Assembly (NCBI GenBank): GCA_951406725.2
Contig: OX597816.1
Span: 98,332,001 to 98,396,000, forward strand
Length of the DNA stretch: 64,000 nt
Source of the DNA: Octopus vulgaris
Lineage: Eukaryota
Direction: 5' to 3'
The position numbers were made by a program, and so were the translations under genes. Under the pieces are notes generated by a model. It saw only the letters and a program-made list of their open reading frames with translations, was not told the origin of the DNA and did no database searches. How positions within the stretch are numbered: the first letter of the stretch is position 1; each line of letters opens with the position of its first letter. Shown here piece after piece: positions 42,113-53,098 of the stretch.

Positions 42113-42348
42113 AGTGTGTGTATACATGTACATGTGTATCTGTGTACATGTGTAATGTGTATTCATATGTGCATACATATTATTAGTATGATATATACAC
42201 ATATAAATACATAGATACATATACTCACACAAATACACACATATACAACCAAGTATATATATATACGTATATAATACAAAAATAATAATCTTATATTTTA
42301 TAATATACTATATGATATATAATAATATATAATATATAACTCAGTGAA

Positions 42349-42688
42349 GGCGCGTGGCTCAGTGGTTAGAGCGTCGAGCTTACGATCGTGAGGTTGTGAG
42401 CTCGAATCCCGGACCGGGCTGCGTGTTGTGTTCTTGAGCAAGACACTTTATTTCACGTTGCTCCAGTTCACTCAGCTGTAGAAATGAGTTGCGATGTCAC
42501 AGGTGCCAAGCTGTATCGGCCCTTGCCTTTCCCTTGAACAACATCGGTGACGTGGAGAGGGGAGGCTGGTACGCATGGGCGACTGCTGGTCTTCCATAAA
42601 AACAACCTTGCCCAGACTTGTGCCTCAGAGGATAACTCTCTAGGTGCAAACCCATGGTCAGTGTCTGACCGAAGGGGGTCATCATCAT
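42349..42688 (+). mobile_element. Full-length tRNA-derived SINE
   Basis: Box A TGGCTCAGTGG, box B-like GCTCGAATCCC, core ttgtgttcttgagcaagacacttt, (CAT)n tail; other copies in the window. Confidence 0.9.
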
Positions 42689-43129
42689 AACACATTTACA
42701 CGCACGTACGCCCTTAGATGTGACTTAGCTTAATATTACACGCAAACGTGTACACCTATAAGTTGTCTCATACCTACACACATATGAAAACTTCAATATA
42801 TAATAAAAAAGGCGCACTCGTATTCACACATCCGTTTTCCAAGCTGGCACGAGTAGCACAGCTTGGCAAGAACTTGCAATGTCAGGCGCTGCAGAATTTT
42901 GCAATCTGTCTCCTAGATACCCTTCCTAGCGCCTACTACTTTACAGAGTGTACCAGGTAATTTTTTGCGTGGCATCCACACCAATGCTTTTTGAATGTTG
43001 GCTTCGTTTTAGGATATTAATTTGATGTAGTGAACGGTCTTCTCGAGTACAGCAAAGCACCACATTTCCGTCGTCTTTCATCACCATCCTCAGATTCAGT
43101 GTTTTGAGTTCAGCCTTCAATACTTATTA

Positions 43130-44145
43130 CTATACCTTCCTGAGTCTTCCTATTCAATAACTTTTCTCTAATCTAAGTGATCGGCAGTGCTTTATAGAAC
43201 TTTCCGCATTCATTCGCATTACATGAGCAAACCAGTGCAATCTCTTCTCTTGCACACTGCATTTAATTCTTCTTACACGCAACTCCTCTCTCAATACACC
43301 ATTGCTCTCTCTTGGACATAAGCACTGGCATCGCACATCCAGCGGAGCATAACAGCTTTGTCCCCCCTCCCTGTATCCGCGTGCCCACACATTCAGGGTC
43401 CATGTCTCACTATCATGCAGCATCGCAGTTGGTACACATGGATAATACAATCTTCTCTACACTTAGAGAGAGAGACATTTTGTTGTCAACAGATGTAAAA
43501 GCCTTCTGAACTTTCCACATCTTATTCTAATCCTGGCAATTATACTTTCTGTATAACATTCTCCATTTCTAATTAGGTCACATAGGTAGCAAATTTAATC
43601 TGCAACCCCCAGAGAGCAATTGAGGCATTTAAGGTAATCAGTTTCCAGTGTATCAGTGGTTTTATGTCTCCCGTGCATCTTTCACATAAAAAAAAATTAA
43701 TCTTCCAACTATTCCAATGTATTTCGTCTGTGTCTATAGCTTGCACTGGTTATACTGAATGAAATTTCTCCCTACACCTTTCTTATAGAGCAGGGCAGTT
43801 TACCGCAACGATAAAAGTTTCTGTCTGATTTCTTGCTTACTAAGACCATCTACCAAATTTACGTTCCAGTTTCTGTTTCCGTTTCTTTTCTACTTTTGTT
43901 ACATATTCTGTTGAAGATAAGATCATCAGTATATTGTAGTTCCCTTGGGAATCAAGTCTTTACTGTTATGGTATGGGGTATGATGATCAATAAGAAGGGC
44001 TGAGGACTGTCCCCCGATGAACACCAACCTGTACACAAGATTCTTCATTCTACCCTCGGCAGTTTTTCAGCTTATCACCAACATCCCAGTACATAGCCTG
44101 TACTACTTTCACTAGCCATTCGTCTATCCACTGTTGCCACAGAGA
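43130..44145 (-). pseudogene. RTE-clade LINE reverse transcriptase fragment
   Basis: Minus-strand relics VQVGVHRG (VG.HQG), WELQYTDDL (YADD), CVPTAMLHDSETW, RLHWFAHVMRM. Confidence 0.8.
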
Positions 44146-45579
44146 CATAAACATAAACATATAACCCTCATATTCAGACATATATTTATTCATACGTAGT
44201 CACATATCCATAGATGCAATAAACCTAGATAGAATTACGTATATATAATATTGTCAACTTCCAAACGGGCATGAATAGATATGTTCATGTATATACAGCT
44301 GCATGTATACGTACTTACATCGTGATCATATTGTCATCAAAACCTGTATATTTTTCAGACAACACGTTAGCTGTTGCTTCGATTAGCTGTTACATGTTAG
44401 TATCTATTTATTTACGTTCCGGTAATTGAGATATAGTAAATGCTTGTTTCGTGGATAAATTCCTGATGTATCGTCAATTGAATTTTACCGTCCATTTACC
44501 TGGAAGTTCTGAGAAATTTGTGTTTATTTGATATCATGCTAACACTTCGCCGATTCCGTAATCTTCTACCAACTTACAAGTATTTTAAATCATGTCATTG
44601 CACAAAGGCTGTTTACTATGTAGTCTTCAGCGGTTACAATGAAACTCCATTGCTGTCTAAAACAAATACCTTTCGACTTTAAGACCTAAATGTGTTCTAC
44701 TCACGATGTTGTCTTAGTAATTTTCTGTTGTTAAATGTATGTCTATGTATGGTATCGATGCAATTAAATTTATATAATGTTGAACTGATGTACTATATAT
44801 TGTTATTTAACTTTAATGCAATATATAATATGATTATATAATATAATGCATAAAAGGTAGTAAGAGGCAGTTAGGGTTATTCTATATTTAAATGTGAATG
44901 TTTTGAGTCGGATATTGTATGAGATTTGTAGCAATTGGATTCTTAGTATCAATAAATATATTTGGTTGTTCTTGCATGTTTCTCCTTTTATTCAAATTTT
45001 GATGGATATATTTTTAGTATTAGAGTGTATTCTGTTGTATCTTCACTATTCGAAATTTGAGATTTTACCCTTATGTGAAATACGGTACTGCCTTTCTATT
45101 TGACATTTTCCACTTCCTATAATAGCTTGAGATATGAATCCTCAAGTTAGTTTTCTCTTAATAATTCAATGTTAAAAAGATTTTCTTCGCTGTTCCATCT
45201 ATTAAGGATATTTTGTCATTGGCTGAGAGCTAAGATCATCATTTAGACGTTCTGCAACATACATAAGAGAATAAAGAGATTTTATCATTTCAGTACTTGA
45301 ATTTTGCTTTAAGTTTCCCTACAGCATCCATGGTGAGGCCCCGGTTTTCCTGGGGTTGTGAGGATCATGGAATCAATGCTAAATTGCAATTACTAGCTGG
45401 TCCGTTCTGATCCGGAACGGTAGTACTTGTGAGGATTCCTGTGTGGTTTAAGTCGTATTTTATAAAGCCTTGGTTAAAACAGCTCCTCTTGAAATTGAGA
45501 CTCCTGCTTTGAAATTGCGACTGTGATGATATCAAACTGAATATGAATTTAAGAATCATATCAAAAGCTGAGACTACGT

Positions 45580-45861
45580 CAGTTACAACGACGACTGTCC
45601 CAGCTGATCCGATCAAAGGAACAGCCTGCTTGCGAAGTTAACGTCCAAGTGGTTGAGCACTCCATAAGCATGTGTACCCATAACGTAGTTCTCAGAGAGA
45701 TTCAGCATGACACGGAATGTGACAATGCTAGTTTTGAATTCTCCTTGTTGAGTTCGCTGGAACAATGTAAAATAAAGTACCTTATTTAAGAATACAATGC
45801 GCCTCCAGGGATCGAACTCACGACCTTATGAATACCTTAGCGGGTAAGTCACGTGCCTTCA
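45580..45861 (-). mobile_element. Degenerate tRNA-derived SINE
   Basis: Minus strand gaaggcacgtgactt...ggtcgtgagttcgatccc (box B) ...actttatttt.cattgttccag. Confidence 0.65.
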
Positions 45862-47033
45862 TAAGAAATGCATTATAAATATGTGTATGCATGCATTTGT
45901 GTCTGTATGATACTTAAGATGCACTAGAACTTGAAAAGTTTCTTTGTTCAAATTTAGAAAACCTAGAGTAACTTCAAGAATAAAAAATAAAGCACGAAAG
46001 ATACTCACCAAGTAACTATACTTTCACATTGGATGCACAATGGAGAATAGTTACAAAATACGTATCCTTCGTTCATTTCGGTATTTGTGTTTTGATGTAA
46101 GTGTTGAATGCTAACTTACTTGTTCTCATCTACCTATATATTGTGTCATACGTGGTATTTATGTTTTCATGCAAATCTCAAATTGCTTACCTGCTTTGAA
46201 ATACCTTCAGGGTTGCAACGTTTTCCACAGCGCAATTATTTGTTGTAGATTTTCTATAAAATTAATGTATCAATACTTCTATCTAGTTTACGTTGTATAT
46301 TAACTGTATTTAAAAAAAGTGCATCATCTAACATCGATTCTAATAGCAAATTGAATTTTATTACAAATATTCGAAATATCTTAAAATTCATATAAATTTA
46401 ATTGATATTCTATATGTCGCACAAAGACAGATACTAATGTTTTGATGACATACATTTCTTTAGAATCTCGATAAAATGGTTTTCAATTCTGGTAACTGCA
46501 GAAAGAAAATACCGTTATACGTGCTATACATGTATTGTTTAGAACATGTCGCAGTTATTGATTTTCACTTTCTGAAGAATGTTTTGAAGACTCATTGGGA
46601 TATCCAAAAACTGTTGTATTCAATAGAACAATAATAACGTTGCTGAAAGAAAACTTCCCTCAATAAATCCGAACAGGAAATATTAAATTGAAATGTGATG
46701 TGCAAATTGTAAAACTAGAAATTTGATTTTTAAAACTGACCCAAATTATAATGAAATAATTACAATGATAGTAATTTAATTCATGCTATTTTTTCCTCAC
46801 TGCATGATTATTTCAAGATGCCCTTTTTAATGCTCATTGCATTAGTTAACAGATTCATTTAGTTGTGTATTGCACTCTAATGTAGCTTGAACACCCACGT
46901 TTCTTCTAGCACTACTGCTATTTTAAGAAACATAATGTTGATGAATTACTTGATTGCACAACATCTACCCACCAAACTATTTAATATTCGATAGAGCTCC
47001 GTCAACAGAAAATATATAAAACTGAAATACACC

Positions 47034-47078
47034 ACCGTCCGATGATAGCTTACCAGGCTGAAACTTTCAAGTTACTGT
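47034..47078 (+). ncRNA. Type I hammerhead-like motif, CCGAUGA core
   Basis: accgt-CCGATGA-tagcttaccaggct-GAAA-ctttcaag-TT-actgt; all three stems form, one mismatch in stem I. Confidence 0.6.
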
Positions 47079-47212
47079 CAACATTAATCTTGCTAAAGAA
47101 TAATAGATTTTTTATTCAACAAATATATGGAGTCATCTTGTGAATTAATACACAATGGATTTTATTATAACTGAGGACAAAATCAAACATGAAATCACAC
47201 ATACATACGTAT

Positions 47213-47261
<49 letters not shown>

Positions 47262-47280
47262 GTGTATATATATATATATA

Positions 47281-49126
47281 GCAATAATAATTCTCTAAAA
47301 GGGATATAGACAGTAACTGCTCGATAACATAAGGGACTAAAGCCATCTGAATATGGCTAGGGACAGGGCAGGGTGGTGGGGGTTAAACTGATGCATTTAG
47401 ACCCAGGAGAACATCGACGTCACCAGAAAGGCTCGACACCGTCACGGTGCCCTTAACCTGCAAAGGGAGGTAATTCCCCGATGAAGCGGAAACCACACAC
47501 GGACCATGGTTTCAAGGTGTATTGCCTATCATCGGCGTGTGGTAGGCCCCGCTTCCTCGACGAATTCTCACTCTGCAGGATTTTCTTATATAGATTTTCA
47601 AGCAAAACACATTTGCTGATTTCGAAAATCTGTTCGAAAGCAATAATAATTCTCTAAAAGGGATATAGACAGTAACTGCTCGATAACATAAGGGACTAAA
47701 GCCATCTGAATATGGCTAGGGACAGGGCAGGTGGTGGGGGTGTTACTGTTGCATTTAGCCCCAGGCGAACATCGACGTCACCAGAAAGGCTCGACACCGT
47801 CACGGTGCCCTTAACCTGCAAAGGGAGGTAATTCCCCGATGAAGCGGAAACCACACACGGACCATGGTTTCAAGGTGTATTGCCTATCATCGGCGTGTGG
47901 TAGGCCCCCGCTTCCTCGACGAATTCTCACTCTGCAGGATTTTCTTATATAGATTTTCAAGCAAAGGGGCTAAATGCAACAGTAACACCCCCACCACCCT
48001 GCCCTGTCCCTAGCCATATTCAGATGGCTTTAGTCCCTTATGTTATCGAGCAGTTACTGTCTATATCCCTTTTAGAGAATTATTATTGCTTTCGAACAGA
48101 TTTTCGAAATCAGCAAATGTGTTTTGCTTGAAAATCTATATAAGAAAATCCTGCAGAGTGAGAATTCGTCGAGGAAGCGGGGGCCTACCACACGCCGATG
48201 ATAGGCAATACACCTTGAAACCATGGTCCGTGTGTGGTTTCCGCTTCATCGGGGAATTACCTCCCTTTGCAGGTTAAGGGCACCGTGACGGTGTCGAGCC
48301 TTTCTGGTGACGTCGATGTTCGCCTGGGGCTAAATGCAACAGTAACACCCCCACCACCCTGCCCTGTCCCTAGCCATATTCAGATGGCTTTAGTCCCTTA
48401 TGTTATCGAGCAGTTACTGTCTATATCCCTTTTAGAGAATTATTATTGCTTTCGAACAGATTTTCGAAATCAGCAAATGTGTTTTGCTTGAAAATCTATA
48501 TAAGAAAATCCTGCAGAGTGAGAATTCGTCGAGGAAGCGGGGGCCTACCACACGCCGATGATAGGCAATACACCTTGAAACCATGGTCCGTGTGTGGTTT
48601 CCGCTTCATCGGGGAATTACCTCCCTTTGCAGGTTAAGGGCACCGTGACGGTGTCGAGCCTTTCTGGTGACGTCGATGTTCGCCTGGGGCTAAATGCAAC
48701 AGTAACACCCCCACCACCCTGCCCTGTCCCTAGCCATATTCAGATGGCTTTAGTCCCTTATGTTATCGAGCAGTTACTGTCTATATCCCTTTTAGAGAAT
48801 TATTATTGCTTTCGAACAGATTTTCGAAATCAGCAAATGTGTTTTGCTTGAAAATCTATATAAGAAAATCCTGCAGAGTGAGAATTCGTTGAGGAAGCGG
48901 GGGCCTACCACACGCCGATGATAGGCAATACACCTTGAAACCATGGTCCGTGTATGGTTTCCGCTTCATCGGGGAATTACCTCCCTTTGCAGGTTAAGGG
49001 CACCGTGACGGTGTCGAGCCTTTCTGGTGACGTCGATGTTCGCCTGGGGCTAAATGCAACTGTAACACCCCCACCACCCTGCCCTGTCCCTAGCCATATT
49101 CAGATGGCTTTAGTCCCTTATGTTAT
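47281..49126. mobile_element. Retrozyme-like array: 360-bp monomer, ~3.2 copies on + (47966-49126) preceded by ~1.9 inverted copies (47281-47965); one HHR per monomer; flanked by (TA)n
   Basis: ggggctaaatgc at 47966, 48326, 48686 and 49046 (exact 360 period); the left block is its reverse complement; non-coding. Confidence 0.9.
48188..48237 (+). ncRNA. Type I hammerhead ribozyme motif of the 360-bp monomer (also 48548-48597 +, 48908-48957 +, 47493-47542 -, 47851-47900 -)
   Basis: ccacacg-CCGATGA-tagg-caataca-cctt-GAAA-ccatgg-TC-cgtgtgtgg; palindromic stem III ACCATGGT; predicted cleavage after C48228. Confidence 0.8.
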
Positions 49127-49140
49127 ATATATATATATAT

Positions 49141-49795
49141 ATATATATGAAAAAACAAGTCAAAAATAGAAAATGCTCAAATAATTTTATAGTGAACATT
49201 TCAGTACCGGTTTCGGACATTTTGAGACCTTTTCAACTGTAACGTTTAAATAATTAAATTTAGAAAAATTAGAAGAAAAGTTTTTTTAAAGGAATATTTC
49301 TATAGTAGTGTTCAGATTTAAGTGGCATTCTGCCTTTCTCTGACTCCCTTGTTTGCACTTGTGTGTTGGAGGTCGTTGTGAGTTCTTGGTAGGGTAGTAG
49401 AGGAAGAAGGCTGGTGAGGAAAGGGGGTGGGAGAATCTGGGAGTGCCCAGTGCCAGCCGCCACTGACCATTCAAAATACGACCATCACTGCACTCCCAGA
49501 TTCTCCCACCCCCTTTCCTCACCAGCCTTCTTCCTCTACTACCCTACCAAGAACTCACAACGACCTCCAACACACAAGTGCAAACAAGGGAGTCAGAGAA
49601 AGGCAGAATGCCACTTAAATCTGAACACTACTATAGAAATATTCCTTTAAAAAAACTTTTCTTCTAATTTTTCTAAATTTAATTATTTAATCGTTACAGT
49701 TGAAAAGGTTTCAAAATGACCGAAACCGGTACTGAAATGTTCACTATAAAATTATTTTAGCATTGTCTATTTTTGACTTGTTTTTTCATATATAT
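49141..49795. repeat. Foldback element: 306-bp inverted arms (49141-49446 / 49490-49795), 43-bp spacer, an HHR-like motif in each arm
   Basis: Arms are near-perfect reverse complements with a few substitutions. Confidence 0.92.
49697..49734 (+). ncRNA. Type I hammerhead-like motif with UUGAAAA core (mirror copy 49202-49239 on -)
   Basis: cag-TTGAAAA-ggtt-tcaaaat-gacc-GAAA-ccgg-TA-ctg; palindromic ACCGGT stem III; the C3-G8 pair is replaced by U3-A8. Confidence 0.65.
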
Positions 49796-52700
49796 CAACT
49801 CGTGTGTTCCTTTTCACCCTTATACATATATATATATATATATGTATATATGTATATGTATATTTATATGTGTGTATGAGGGGGAAGGCTGGTAGAATCG
49901 TTTCCACGCCGAGCTTAATGCTTAGCGGTATTTCGCCCGTTTTTACTTCATTAAAATTCGTGTTGAAATGCCATCGATGTCGACTTCGCAATTAAGTCCT
50001 GGAAATTTAAAAGTTGAGATTTCAAAACTGAGAGTTCAAACGGTACATATTCGAACTGGCCGCCAACAGCTAGAAACAGACGAATAAGTAAATCAACGGA
50101 TTAAGTTCGCCAGTGTTTCCTGTAGGAATATCTTTACGTTTCGGACAGAAAGAATTATATATTACACAAATTCTGAAGCTACCACGAATAACTTTTCTCA
50201 GCAGAGTCCACATTGCTTGATTCTGACTCCCTTTACCTTTAATACCTGTCATTCATGAAAGGTGAAAAACATTTCATATAGTGTATTCACTAAGAAATAA
50301 ATGTTTCATCAACAATGATTTACCAACCGGTGATAGAAGAAAAATCACTGATACATGTAGCATAATGCTATGGGATCTGCACATTTAAGAGCAACAAACT
50401 CAGTGATTTATTAATATAACAATAGTACTGCACTTCAAAGTTTGTGAACAACTCGGTGCGCGTTGTTATCCACTGAGTGGATTACTTCCAATTTCCAAGA
50501 TACCTTAAATTACGTACGCAAATTTCCACATAGCAAACTTCAACAACCAAATTGAAGAACAACAGAAAATATGCAGCCTTCATATTCGTCGGATTCTAGC
50601 AGGGTTGCTGTCAAGCAATAATTGAACGTAGTTTAATTTTTCTTAAAAATAAGATCTGTTGAACCAATAAGGTGATCATAAATCTAAGCCAAGCGATTAA
50701 TTTAATTCGAGATTTTCAGTTGCTATGAAATAATTTATCCTATGCAGCTTCTATTTTAATCCTGTACTATTAGGCATAATCTACAGCATAAATAAATAGT
50801 TTAAATGAATAGCCATGATTCAGTGTCGCACCATAAAAACCGAATTTTTGCTTTATTAACATTGTGTACGATAAGTGCACAGTAAACTGATGTATCTGTG
50901 TTTCTTAAATAGCAATGTTATATGTTAGTGAAAATGCACAATGGCGTAGTTTTTAAGATATGAGGTCTTTCGTTCATTCTAAAACTAAATAGAATTATAA
51001 AGTAAGTGTCAATCCGTTTAGATTCACCGCAGGATAATGGCTTACTCTAGAAATAGGTCTTTGTTATATCGTGAGATTAACTAATTATTGGATAGTCAAC
51101 TAATAAAGTTCATTTTACCATCAACAGCCTGTTAAAATATAAGAGCCAGAACAAACACGTAAGATTTGTTTTTCCGATGCGCTAATGACTATTCCAACTG
51201 AATGAAATTCTATTTTCCCGTCTCGTTGATCTATATACATTAGTACTTAAAACATAGACCTATATAGATAAATCTGATACGATAAAATAGCAAGATTTAT
51301 TTGTATTTAGGGTATTTTGTTTCTTAATATCACACCTTTATAACATTTAACGCAGGCTCATTTATACCACAGTCCTACTCTTGGGCAATGTATCCTGAAT
51401 CGATTACTAATCCATTCGGGATTAGTTATATGTTCATTTTGATACTCACTGTAAAATATATCAATATAATTGTAATGTTTAAAACGTTTAATTCAAAAAC
51501 GTTAGGAAATTAGACAGATACCTCAACACAAAATCATTCTCCATTAGTGCAAATACAACTTAGAAAATAGAATACCTGAGATTTTTATTTCCATCTGCAT
51601 CTAGAACATTGATTTCAGTAAAAAAATTGTGATGACTTCATTTTGATTGCAACAGATATAGATTTTAGTGAAAAGGAAAGTTGAATCAAATTATTATTAT
51701 CATTAAAAGAAATGCATTAATATATGTTAAAGACAGAGTAAATTACTATTTGCTCATTTTTTCTAATAATGTAGCAGTCTGCTTACATAGGATACTATGC
51801 ATAAAAATATTCCTCGATATATGTTTTTAGTATATATCGAACTAATATATACATGTTAGTGTGTAGCTATTCAATGGAGTTTTGTTTTCAGAAAAGCTAA
51901 AGTGTTATTTTACTTATTATATATAATATTTTGTGAGTGTGGATTCTGAAGGTTTTGTCTGTGCTTCTCCAATTTTAATTTCCGATACATTACGTAGATC
52001 ACATAAAATTCGGAAACGGTAAACATCAATGCAAATTTGGATTCGATATTATAACATCGATTCATTGCACCGTCTTTACATGTACCTTCGATAAAGTACG
52101 GAAAGAGTCTTATGAGAAAATTGTATACGATTTTCTAAAGTCCATACTTACTAATTGCTTATTTACAATAAATTGAAAGACAGCAGTCCTTTCAATCGTT
52201 GTCTAGGTAAAGAAAATAGACACACATCATTATATGTTCAAACAACAAGATATAATTATGTAAGGATGCATGGTTGTAATTTATATAATATCGCATTATC
52301 AGGAAAATACACATTTGCGCGCCCCAGAAATAAACAACTGAACAACTATTTACGGAAAATTTAATTCCTATTTGATAATTAATTAAAGCTTTGATTAAAA
52401 ATTCCTTTGTTAACCGTTGTTTACTGAATTAAGGGTGCAAAGATTAATTGAACAAAGTGACTTTCTAACAATATAGTTAGTTGGAGAGATGAGGTGTTCT
52501 TTGAAATTGGACAACAAATACATGTTTTATAGTATTGCATATTTACTATAATCAAATCGATTGCTGCATCAAATAAAATTGCATTCAATTTTCACCTCGT
52601 GGTGTAAAGTAGGGATATTAATGGAACATGTGTTTGTATCATTTCAAACAGAAACCAAAAGTCAAAATTTATACTCAAATAATCAAATGTAAAGATAGTG

Positions 52701-53017
52701 TAGAGTAGGTTATAAGATGCATTAATGATATCTAGGATAACTAGTTAATCGATATATTATTCTTTACACCATCCATTATAAATGAACTTGCGCGTATGAA
52801 TATTGTAACTGGAGATTTATGTAAAATAGGAAGCTTCATTCTAATCTCAATGTATTGTAATTATGTGTCATCCATTAAACTGAACACAATTGCAATTGTA
52901 AATTGTCATTAAATTCCAATTCATTCTCAATTACAACTGCTTTTTCTTTCATAATACAGAAGTATTTACATAGCGCTACTATTTTGTTCATATCTCTCAT
53001 ATATATTCATATACATT

Positions 53018-53098
<81 letters not shown>

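Noticed and set aside
42349-42425. tRNA-like sequence
   Set aside because: Continues into a SINE body with multiple copies in the window; not a tRNA gene
47966-49169. Repeated 63-aa and 85-aa ORFs, and CRISPR-like periodicity
   Set aside because: The ORFs recur only because the unit repeats and show no motifs; whole units are identical with no unique spacers, so this is not CRISPR
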